This document shows positions 33,934 to 43,914 of a stretch of 64,000 nucleotides of DNA, in pieces. The stretch covers positions 1,860,001 through 1,924,000 of the forward strand of contig CAKKNE010000002.1 in NCBI GenBank assembly GCA_918797485.1, in the 5' to 3' direction. The stretch's first letter is position 1, and the number at the start of each line of letters is the position of its first letter. The notes under the pieces are model-generated. The model worked only from the letters and a program-made list of their open reading frames with translations, was not told the origin of the DNA and made no database searches. This DNA comes from Pelagomonas calceolata. Taxonomy: Eukaryota. Position numbers and translations under genes: made by a program.

Positions 33934-35592
33934 GGTGTCACTGCTCCTTGTGCTGGGCTCTTTATGCTGCAACTGCAATGCGTCTGCAGCAAGGGATATT
34001 TGTAATCGCTGCAAATGCAATCTTTTGGCTCGATCCGCGACTGCTGCGTGTGATTTAGCTGCGTTTTTGCGTGTTGGAGATGGCATGCAAGCCACATGAG
34101 AGCTCAGGTCGACCGGCATAAACGTGTCTCGAACCGCGTCGGGAGGCCATGCAGCACTCGCAAGGGCGTTCTTCGCGTTGTCTGTGCAGGCTCGACCTCA
34201 GCTCCCCGCGCGGCAACGAAAAGCGGGGACCGCGATCTGAAGCGTGCCACGAGCCTATGACCTTGTTTGGAGCTGCTATCTTTGCTATTGGGCCAAGGTC
34301 GAAGAGCGCTTCACGAGCTCGCCCCGTGGCGGTATTAATGGGCACGCAGCGGCGCGATTTCGCAAACGAGCTCTGTCTAAGCAGTACACATTACCAACGC
34401 GCCGCGGAAACCGGCACAAGTATCGAAAAAACCGCGCGAGAGACGGCGACCGACTGAATCTCTTATAGAGCTGGATTCAGCTATCTCGCGGCGAACGCCA
34501 TGTCGGCGGCCGCGGCGCCGTTCAGCCTTCCAGCCGCCGTAGGCGCTGCGAACTGTAACGCCGGCGGAGCTCAAATGGACCCGCGCGCGCCGGCGTCCCG
34601 TCGTTGACGTCGTTTTCCGCGAGTTCACATGTTTGTCTAGGGGGTTGATTCGCCCGCAAAATGGCCTCACAGCTCACACCACCACAGGTTCCTCGCCGCC
34701 GCCGCATCGGACCTCAAGCGCACCTCGCCGTCGCCGCGCGTCGTCTCGTCGGAGTCGGACGACGACGTTCCTGAAGTGAGTTACCCGTCCCAGCCGAAGG
34801 TGGCGGTGCCGCGCGGCGACGTCGTCGAAGCTACTGGCGACGACCTGCGCGGCGTCCTCGAGGCCGAGGCCGGCGGCTTCGCGACCTTCGACGACGACCC
34901 CTCGGGTTTATTAGGCCTCCGCCGCATCGACACCGGCCCCGGGGACGCGCCCCGTGTTTTTTTTCAAAAGTGGAGCGAGAGGGGAGCTCCACAGGGGTCT
35001 CGTGGCCGCGTTTGCGTCGATTGCGCGTCGTCTCAAGCTGGATTAACGTCGCTGGCGGAAGCAGGCCAGCTAAGCTTGTTTTGACACAACTTTCGAGCTT
35101 CGTACGTTTAGTGATCGCGGTACCGACCGAGGGCGAACAAACGAGTGCGACAGTCCAAATCCCTGAAAGCGGCGCGTGATCGGCGTTTTGACCGGCGTTT
35201 GCACGCGCCGAGAGGCCAAGCAAAATCATGAGGTTGTCTTCGGCCCGGCGGCGCAATGAGCGCTCCAGCAGCCAGAGGAGCCCTCCTGAGCCCATTGGTT
35301 AGCGCGATAGGCGTCCCGAGATCGGCGGGAGACCTGGGGTCTGCGGCCGGCGGCGGTCCCGAGGCCGCCGCCCGGTCGCCGCGCGGTGGGCGACATACTG
35401 ATACCCCAAATTCAAAAACGAAAATATTATCGTTCAGAGACCAAATCTTCAAGGGCAGGGCCGAAATAACATACCCTCGCGGCTCAAGTCCGCGGCGCCA
35501 CTGCCCAATTCGCAGAGCGGAAATTAAGCTCTGAACTTCACTATTCGGGGGTCAGTCGGAGAGGTCTGTTTTCAAAAGCCATCCGCCTAGGC

Positions 35593-35650
35593 CTGTATAC
35601 ATGTACTATATGTATGATATACATACATAAATATAAATATAAATATATAT
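35593..35650. repeat. AT-rich low-complexity (TA/ATAAAT) tract
   Basis: TATACATGTACTATATGTATGATATACATACATAAATATAAATATAAATATATAT in an otherwise GC-rich window. Confidence 0.7.
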
Positions 35651-36998
35651 GGATTCCTAGTGTGTCGATACGCTAGATCACCAGGTCTTGCGGCTCCCCA
35701 AAATACACCAGCGATTGACGCCGCCATCTACCGTCCAATTGGTACATCATATCAACTCCAGCCCAGTTTTCATCCACAATCGACGGAACCGGAGCCGACG
35801 GCCCGCGCTCGGAGGGCGGGAGAAGAATTCTACTAGACAACTCTCGCGTTTATGTTCGTTTCCTTCCGTTTGTTAGTGGTAGAGTCCATCTAGGCCGATT
35901 GAACACGTACTTATCTATTTTAGATACTCCGTTAGAGCCGCGCGAAACTGCGATTCGGGAGCCCTACGTTTTTACAAAGACGGCCGCAAAACCTAGACCC
36001 GCGAGCATCAGCGACGACACCATCCAGGTGGACCATAACGCCGTTGTTCTATTCACAATCGACCGACTTGCCCGTTCTCCGCGGACGACGGTGCGTACGC
36101 GGGGCACTGAATTGGCCCCAGACCGGTGGTTTGTACAATAAATTTGCGTTTCAGGCGCTTCGGTTCCGGGACGGGGCAGATAATCGGCTTGATTGTATAC
36201 TACATTGCTCTGAGACCCAAAGATGCTCGGCGCGCCTCGTCGGACTCGCGACCACAGGATCTTGTGAAATCGGGGCACCAGACCCGGACCTGCGACCATC
36301 AGCCCGTGTACCATCACCATGGACCATAACGCGATCATTTGTTTCATGACCGACGGACTTGCGCGAGGTCCAGATCAAGATGTTCACGTCCCGAGCGTGG
36401 GCGGCCAAAAGTACCCTTCTCGTGGTGTAGATGTCATATATTTGTAATTGACTATCGGTGGGGTAGTATGGGGTCCGACAAGACCGCTACGGCGACTACT
36501 GGGGGCCCTCGGGTAATTGAAGTTTTTTGCGGGAACGGGACGCCATCGGGTCCAAATTGCAGACTTTTTTCGGGGGCAGAACGGTTCCTGGAGGTCTCTC
36601 GAGGTAGGTCTGTTAGTGGGTAGTCGCCTGCACCGCATACGCCGTCGATGCGGCAGCCTAGTGCTCTTCGAGAGCCCTGGAAGCAAGACCTGCCCTAAAG
36701 ATGCCTAAACGCAGTGGTCTGCTGAGAGAATTCGACCAAAAATGCTTGAAGCGCCGGCGCATGCGGTGTAGGCGCTTGCACGTGTATAGTACCGACCCTA
36801 GGCGACCCCAGGGAGACCTTTTGGGCAGGGATTGACAGGATTCAGCCGGCGCGGCCGCCATAGACCGTAGGGCGCCCTCGGCCGCGAATTAAAAATATTT
36901 AGTTTTTCGGCCCCCAGTACGTGTCCCATTGATCTCTTTGGACCATTAGCGAACCGAACGGTACTCAAACGGCTGCATGCCGCGATTCGTTTTTGCTG

Positions 36999-37022
36999 GC
37001 TAGTGTCTTACCGGCCGCTAGC
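36999..37022 (+). promoter_or_regulatory. Recurrent upstream motif copy
   Basis: GCTAGTGTCTTACCGGCCGCTAGC upstream of the GT8 gene. Confidence 0.65.
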
Positions 37023-37351
37023 TCGACTGCGGCGCGAGTCGACTCACAGCTTGCAATCGAGGTCACCAGCGATCGCCGCGGTTAATCGCAGGCATCGCTT
37101 CGACAGGGCAGTCACACACTTATTGGCTGGAGGCGCACCGGGCGCGCTGCATACAGTGCATAGACATCAGCTGTGCTGCAAGGCGGCCAAGCTCCAGCTC
37201 GGCCCACGGCTGCTCAAACAAGTTCGTTGGAACAAGAAACACCCGCTGCGGACGTGTTCTCACTGCACTAAAAGCTGCGGCAACCGCGGCCACACGTACA
37301 CGCCACACTCGCGCCGCGCTCTCAGAGAGGCGCGAAACCGCAGAGCACAGC

Positions 37352-38347
37352 ATGCAGGCCGCCGCACCACCACCCGCAAGCGACCCAGCGTCTACCAAAA
37401 AAACGCAGCGCGGCGCGTGACGAACGCACAAGCATTGGGAATCTCTCTGACTAAAAGTGAAGAGGAAGCTCTGTCATCCTTGTACCGACGCCGCATTCCT
37501 ATACGACGCCGTCGACGCCCACGCCACGAAGAGCACGCGCAAATCTAAAATCGCGCAGGCGCGCCAGGCCTACGTCACGCTCCTCACGTCCGACGGCTAC
37601 CTCCCGGGCGCCGAGTGCTTATTGCATTCCCTGCGCCAGAGCGGCACGCGGCGGCCCGTCGTGACGCTGGTCACGAGCGCCGTGTCACCGCGGGCCCGCG
37701 CCAAACTCGAGCAGCGCTGCGATCGAGTGATTGAGGTGCCCGCGGTGCCGAACCCGCATTCATCAAGACCAGACCAGGCCGACAAGTGCTGGACCGACGC
37801 GGGCTACACTAAATTGCAAATCTGGTCCTTGCATGACGATTACGACCTCCTTGTTTATATCGATGTGGATGCTATCGTAAGAACAAATATAGACGACCTG
37901 TTCGCGCTCGACGTCGATTTGGCGGCGGCGCCCGATGTCTTCCCTCCCGATAAATTTAATGCGGGCGTGCTCGTGGTACGGCCGTCGCCGGAGACGCACG
38001 CGCGGTTGTTGCAACTCGCGCCGACCGCCCCATCGTATGACGGAGGCGACACGGGCCTCCTCAACTTTTGTTTTCCGGGCTGGTTCGCCGGCCACGAGCG
38101 GTTGCAGCGGCTGCCCTTCGCCTACAACGCGCAGCGGACGATGCACTGGCTGACGCGGGCCGCGCCGGGGTACTGGCAGGCGATTGGTGAGATCCGCGTC
38201 CTGCACTTCTCGTCGGCGCCGAAGCCCTGGGAGGCGCCGGACCGCAAGGGTGATTTGGAGCTCGTGTGGTGGGAGGTGTTTTTATCATCCCAAGTTGCCG
38301 GGTTGGGCGTTGGCGTCGGCGCGGGTGGGACTTTTGGGGGGTTTTAG
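37352..38347 (+). CDS. Glycosyltransferase family 8 (glycogenin-like); probable short GC-AG intron 37413-37457
   Basis: AYVTLLTSDGYLPGA, YTKLQIWSL, YIDVD, FNAGVLV, YDGGDTGLLN and HFSSAPKPW. The N-terminal exon is inferred. Confidence 0.88.
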
Positions 38348-38589
38348 TTTGGTGTAAGTTGGATGTTTGTGCTTTCTTTCTTTCGATTGTCACGTGTGAT
38401 TTTTCACACTGGCTTCGCGAAGCTTCGCGTCGACGGCGTAAAAAACGGGTTTTCCAGGGCATTTTTGCTCCTTGCACTACTTTTGCGTCCTTGGCTTGTG
38501 TAGCCCTGGCTTGCGACTTGAGTGGCGTCGAGGAAAACCCTGCACGTCGGAGCGTCGGGAGCACCCGGCCACGCGCAAAAGCTTTCAGT

Positions 38590-38968
38590 TGAAACAAACA
38601 CTGGGTGCGCGTACTTGAGCGACCCCGACCTGTGGCACGACATGTCCTCGATCGAAGCCATGATTAGGGACATCAAAAACAAGAGCTTGGCCAAGTCTCC
38701 GTACTTTCTCGGACGCTCGCTGTGCGTGAGGAACGCCGGCACGATGACCAAGCCGCTCTCGCTCTTCTGTCCTCAGGCGTGCGGCTGCCATCGCGGTGAC
38801 CAGGATTGTCCGCTGTCGTGCCCGGAGCGGACCGCGCCCGATCCGCCTTGCCCGGCGTATCAGAAGGCAACGTACTGGCTAGACAACTCCACATGCCCGC
38901 GGCTGCCCGCGGCGCAGACCTTCGACGTCGGAGTCGTCAGCGACATCGCGGGCGTTGCTATCGGGTAA
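38590..38968 (+). pseudogene. Orphan C-terminal fragment of a Cys-rich protein (CPxACGC...CPxSCP)
   Basis: Coding-like KPLSLFCPQACGCHRGDQDCPLSCPERT. It lacks a convincing N-terminus and is preceded by non-coding-looking DNA. Confidence 0.45.
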
Positions 38969-39006
38969 TCCATCCTTGAAACAAACAAACTTAGAGTGGA
39001 AGCACA

Positions 39007-39072
39007 GGACCCCGCGGGTCGGCGCCGCCGGCACCAGTAGTTGGTGCCGGCCGCGCGTCATGGTGCGGGTCC
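39007..39072 (-). promoter_or_regulatory. Eukaryotic SECIS element candidate
   Basis: Minus strand reads GGACCCGC-ACC-ATGAC-GCGCGGCCGGCACC-AACTACT-GGTGCCGGCGGCGC-CGAC-CC-GCGGGGTCC, giving helix I, an AUGA/GA core, helix II and an apical AA. Confidence 0.8.
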
Positions 39073-39095
39073 GGAGCGCTTTCCAAAGCACGGCC

Positions 39096-40424
39096 CTAGG
39101 CCGTTGTCCCCTGTCAGGAGGATCCCATGCCGGCCGTGCAGCCGTAGCAGTGGTTGTCGAACTTTATCCGCGCGTCACGAACGTCTTCCGTAGAGGTCAG
39201 GTCGAACACCGATTTTCCCGACCCTAACGGCAGATCTAATTGCTGGTTAAAATCGCAGTCATAGACCCGGCCGTCCCAATTAACGCTTAGAGTGGTCCGG
39301 CACATGAGATTTGGTGCAGTCTCATGATTGAAATTCCTAACAAGTAGGTCCAGGTAGTCGCCGAGCTCCCCTCTACGCGACAGGAAGTCCGCGAACCGTT
39401 TAATGGGCATGTTCGTCATCGTAAACAACTCGTTGAACGACACGCCGAAGTGCTGCTGGAGCTCCTCGGCGTACTTGGTTTGTAAAGCGTCTTGAGGGGG
39501 TGGTAAAAACGCTCCGAGCGGGTTATATACAAGATCTAATTTCAGCTCGCGTCCGTAGCCTACTTCATTTAATCGTCGTAAGCCTTCGATGCTCCGCGCG
39601 AAGACGCCTCGGCCCCGCTGCATGTTCACGTTCTTGTCCGAATAGCAAGGCAGCGACGCGACGACGTGCACCGCATGATCGGCCAAAAAGTCGGCCAAGT
39701 CCTCCTGGCCCGGTTCCGCCAATACGGTCAGATTGCACCGATCAATAATATCGACGTCGGGCCGCAGTTCCCGACATCTTCGCACGATCCTCCTAAATTC
39801 AGGCTGCAGCTCGGGCGCGCCGCCCGTAATATCTAACGTCGTCACGGACGGCGAATTTACCAAAATATCGAGGCACTTGTCCGCGACGTCGCTGGACATG
39901 GCCTCGTGGCGCCGCGGACTGGACTCGACGTGGCAGTGGTTGCACGCCTGGTTGCAGTACAGGCCGATGTTTAACTGTAAAACCTCCGTCGCGAAGCGCG
40001 TGCCGTCGCAGCCGGCCTGTTGGAGTAAATGTTCCGTGAATTCGGGAGCGCCGAGCTCTTCCAAGCACCGCCGCCGCCGCTGCTTCTCCTCGAGCGTGAG
40101 CTTTCTTTGACCGGACTCGCGCAGCTTCTTGGCTGTGAGCTGGAAGTCCTTGTCGTTTTTCATGTCATTTAACGTGTCGTCGACCAACGAGCCCTCCGCG
40201 GCTAATCTAGCTCTTAAATCTTTCAGCCCCTGCCAGTCGCCGCGCGCGGGCTTGCGCTTGACGGGCTTCGGTCTACTGAGTTTTATTTTTGCAGTGTCGA
40301 CGGGCGTGTTGTAGTCGGGGAGTGATCGGGTCGAGAGCGCCGCTCTGGTGCCACCGGGCGGCGGCGCCGTCGCGAGCGGCGCGGCCCCGCGCCGGGCGAG
40401 GCGGCGCGCGGCGCGGAGTGCCAT
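39096..40424 (-). CDS. arsS: ArsS-like radical SAM/DUF3641 protein, predicted selenoprotein (Sec at TGA 39116-39114)
   Basis: CNQACNHCHVESSP, DITGGAPEL, DRCNLT, VASLPCY, YDCDFNQ and HCYGCTAGMGSS-TGA-QGTTA-TAG. Arg-rich presequence. Confidence 0.88.
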
Positions 40425-40768
40425 CTGCACTGGGTGTTTACCGGCTTCCGCGGTGCTCAACAAGGTTGGCTCGAACTACACCGGCGGGTTGGACCGGTGT
40501 GCAACTTGGGCCAGGCTGGAGTGCTACAACCCTGTGGGGCTTGAGCGGCCGGCGTCAAGTGATAAGTGGCACCGCCTGCTAAGAATGCTATTTCCAGAAC
40601 TCAATTCCTAAGGATGGCTCCAGCAGGCCGCTGGAGGCGGCCGCCAGTGTTGTCTCTTGGCATCGAAGCAGCCGCTTCAGCTTTGCTTGGGCTCAGCCGC
40701 AGCCGTTACCAGAAGCGTGACTCGCGGACCTACGACTCGTCCAATGGCATGAAGACCTGTCTGCTTGC

Positions 40769-40792
40769 TTGCTAGTGTCTTACAACCGCTAG
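40769..40792 (+). promoter_or_regulatory. Recurrent upstream motif copy
   Basis: TTGCTAGTGTCTTACAACCGCTAG between the divergent arsS-like and BRCT genes. Confidence 0.65.
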
Positions 40793-41006
40793 GTCGTTCG
40801 GCTTGGGGCCGCGGTTCGCGCTGGCAGGCCGCGCGCCGCGTGCAACGCGGTAAAAAGCGCTGTCGCAGTGCACCAGGCAGTTCAGCACTGCAGCGCTGCG
40901 GCACAAGACGCGGTACCTGCCGTGCGCAGCTCGGGGACGGAGATAACTGTGCACTGCGGTTTTTGAGCTCACGGCAGACAGCGGCGACCGGACAAAAAAG
41001 CAAACG

Positions 41007-43298
41007 ATGAGCCGCTCCCGCTCCAAAACCCCAAAACCCGCCAGCGACCAGCCGCGCATCTTCGTAGACGTCCGCCTCAGCGACGGCATGGACGGCGGGC
41101 TCATGGTGCGCGAGATCCTGGAGAAGCTCGGCGCGCGCGTCCTGCGGTCCTGGGCCGGGACCCGCGCGCGCGCGACGCACCTGGTCTGGAAGGACGGCGA
41201 CGCGCGGACGCAGGAGGAGGCGCGGAACTGCGGCGCCGCGGTCGTCGGCCTGTCCTGGGTGAACGCCTGCCGGGACGTCAACGGCATCGCGCCGACGCGG
41301 GGCCACGAGATCGCGCCGGCCGCGCGGTCGACGGCGCGCGCGTTCCTCATCCAGCGCGAGCTCGCGACGACGGCGCGCAAGCGGCGCCAGACGCCGCGCG
41401 CGCCCGACACGGCGCGGCTGCGCGCCGAGGACCTGCCCGGCAGCGACGACCCCCGCTTCCGCTCCACCACTTCCGGCGAGCGGACGCCGGCGATCGCGCC
41501 GACGGCGCCCTGGAGCGACGGCTCCGAGGGGGACCCCGCGCCGCGCACGGTCGGCGTCGTCGAGGGCACTCCAGCCGTCGAGGCGCCGCGCACGGCCATC
41601 CGCGAGGCCTGGTCCTTCACGCAGCGCGACCGGCGGTCGTCCGGCGCGGCGGCGCCGACGCAGGCCGTCTCGAGCGGCAGCGGAAAGCGGTCGTCCGCCG
41701 CCACGGACATCTACTCCCAGAGTGGCACCGAGGCCGCGCCGACGCAGCCGACGCAGCCCCAGCCGCCGCCCGGGACCCTCTTCTCGCCGCCGGCCGAGGC
41801 GCCCGCGCCCGCGCCGACGACGCGCGGCTCGCGGACGTCCGCCGCGGGCGGCGCCGCGAATTTACTATTGTCGGCGCGGGACCGCTACTGGGACGACGAG
41901 CCGTCGGCGCGCCGGCGCGCGCGCGGCCGCCGCGCGACGCGCGGCTCGCTCGCGCCGGACCCGACGCTGCGCCTCGACGCGCGCCTCGAGGCCGCGTCCC
42001 AGGAGTCGTCGCGGCCCCGGAGCGGCGCCACGGCGCGGTCGTCCCTGACGAGCCCGCCCGCGCCGGCCGCGCGCAAGCGCCGCCGCGCCGTCGGCGGCAC
42101 GCCGCCTGCCGCGCCCGAGACAACGCCGGCGCCGCCCGCCGCGCGGCCGGCGCCGGCCCAGCCGCGGCGCGGCGCGGCGCCGGCGGCGACGACAGCGAAC
42201 CCGTTGCACGCGCGCGCCTCGCCGAAGGCGGCCGCGCGGTCGCGCAAGCGGCGGCGCGTCATCCCCGAAGACCCTGCCGACGCCACGCCGGCGCCGCGCG
42301 ACGTCATCGTCATCGACGGCTCGCCCGAGGAGGCAAAAGCGGCGGCTCCGGCTCCGCCGCCGGCGCGGCGGCGGGGCGCGGCCGTGGCCGCGCCGCCGGA
42401 GGAGGCCACGACGAACCCGCTGCTGCGCGCGGCCGCGTCGCCGCCGCCGGCCGTGCCCGCGCCCGCACTCGCGCCTGCGCCGGCTGCACCGCCCCGCGCG
42501 GCGCCGGCCCAACCGCGGCGCGGCGCGGCGCCGGCGACTTCCAACCCGATGCATGCGCGCGACTCGCCGACGGCGAACCGCACGCGCCGGCGGTCGCGCG
42601 GCGCCGCCGCCATCGACGACGACGAGGCCGCGCGACCGGCCAAAAGGCCGCAGACTTTAGTCATATCCGCGTCCGGTGTTGATCCAGCGGGCCGCACGGC
42701 GCTGCGCGCGGCGGCCGCAGCCGTCGAGCGCGCGGGCGGCGGCAAAGCGCGCTTCGCCGACGACGAACTGCTCGCGAAACTCAAAGGGGTGCTGCCCGCG
42801 CGGGCGACACATTTGGTGGCCCAAGCCACGGATGAGGATGCGAAGCCACCCCGCACGCTCAAGGTTCTGTTCGCGCTCGCACGCGGCGGCTGTGCGATCG
42901 TGCGACCGTCTTGGGTCGAAGCTTCGCGGAGTGCGGGACGCTGGGCAGACGTCGACGACCACCTCGCTGGATATGGCCCGCCGCGGGCCGCAGGCGCCGG
43001 CCGGCGTATCCTCGACGGGCTGGCCGTGCACGTCGCTCCCTCGGCGCTCGGGCCCAAGGATCCTTCGTCGTCCGCGCTGACGGCGCTCGTCTCGGCGGCG
43101 GGCGGAAGGTCTGTCGCGTTGCGCCACGCGGCGGTCGCGCTCGTCGGCACGAACTGGAAGCCCTCGGACTGCCGCCAAGCGGGGTTGCGAGCACTGCACC
43201 GGAGCGGATGCGCACTACGCTTCCGATGGCTCTGCGAAGCCGTCGAGGCGGGCGACGCGGGCGCGGTGGCGCGGGAGTTGTACGCGACGAACCACTAA
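41007..43298 (+). CDS. Multi-BRCT protein with microcephalin (MCPH1)-like layout
   Basis: N-terminal BRCT (KLGARV...THLVWKDG...WVNAC), a long disordered middle and C-terminal tandem BRCT (THLV...RTLKVLFALARG...WVEAS; WLCEAV). Confidence 0.78.
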   Translation: MSRSRSKTPKPASDQPRIFVDVRLSDGMDGGLMVREILEKLGARVLRSWAGTRARATHLVWKDGDARTQEEARNCGAAVVGLSWVNACRDVNGIAPTRGHEIAPAARSTARAFLIQRELATTARKRRQTPRAPDTARLRAEDLPGSDDPRFRSTTSGERTPAIAPTAPWSDGSEGDPAPRTVGVVEGTPAVEAPRTAIREAWSFTQRDRRSSGAAAPTQAVSSGSGKRSSAATDIYSQSGTEAAPTQPTQPQPPPGTLFSPPAEAPAPAPTTRGSRTSAAGGAANLLLSARDRYWDDEPSARRRARGRRATRGSLAPDPTLRLDARLEAASQESSRPRSGATARSSLTSPPAPAARKRRRAVGGTPPAAPETTPAPPAARPAPAQPRRGAAPAATTANPLHARASPKAAARSRKRRRVIPEDPADATPAPRDVIVIDGSPEEAKAAAPAPPPARRRGAAVAAPPEEATTNPLLRAAASPPPAVPAPALAPAPAAPPRAAPAQPRRGAAPATSNPMHARDSPTANRTRRRSRGAAAIDDDEAARPAKRPQTLVISASGVDPAGRTALRAAAAAVERAGGGKARFADDELLAKLKGVLPARATHLVAQATDEDAKPPRTLKVLFALARGGCAIVRPSWVEASRSAGRWADVDDHLAGYGPPRAAGAGRRILDGLAVHVAPSALGPKDPSSSALTALVSAAGGRSVALRHAAVALVGTNWKPSDCRQAGLRALHRSGCALRFRWLCEAVEAGDAGAVARELYATNH

Positions 43299-43512
43299 GT
43301 ATAGATATAAGTCCGTGCTTCTTCTTACGTGTGCGAACGCCTTGTGCGCTCGGCTTGGGAGGGAATCTTCGTATGCGCGGCGCCTTGTGCGCGCGCGTCA
43401 AAAGGGCGAGCGCCTTCACCAATGGTAGCGGCGTGGAGGCAGCGAGCCGGGCGGGTGCCAGAACGCGAGAACCTTCGAGAAGACGTCGTCGGGCATCGAC
43501 CGCGAGTCAAAG

Positions 43513-43720
43513 ATGCGCGTTAGACTCACGCTCAAGATTAGGAAAAATTACGCGCGGGCGCTTTACAAGGACGACAACGCCACCCTCGATGATCTCCGCG
43601 AGGCCGTTAGGATGCTCGAGGATGCGGGACGGACCGCGCGGCGCGTGATGGGTAGCGCGCACCCTCTCACAGCGGCAACAGGACGATCTGCAAGCCGCGC
43701 GAGCCGCGCTCCGCGCCCGT
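43513..43720 (+). pseudogene. Fragment of a TPR/kinesin-light-chain-like repeat protein
   Basis: TLKIRKNYARALYKDDNATLDDLREAVRMLEDAGRTARRVMGSAHPLT is a C-terminal repeat with no upstream body. Confidence 0.55.
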
Positions 43721-43914
43721 ACCGAGTAACTACGAAATTCTCGGGAAACAAAAACGGGGTTAACCGCGTTCAAACGTACGACCTCGGACGTCAACACTAA
43801 AACAACGGACTGATTCACACAATATATATATGTTACAAGAGAAGCAAGTAAGCTTCGCAGTCTCGCCCGGCGGCGCGGACGTGGCACGAGACACGACCGC
43901 ACAGCATCAATAAG

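Noticed and set aside
35085..36950. rRNA, tRNA or a transposase in the gene-poor island
   Set aside because: I could not recognise conserved rRNA segments, a cloverleaf or DDE/RT motifs.
39114..40463. arsS-like gene as bacterial contamination or part of an ars operon
   Set aside because: It has a eukaryotic presequence and a 3' UTR SECIS, is flanked by eukaryotic genes, and no arsM/arsR neighbours are present.
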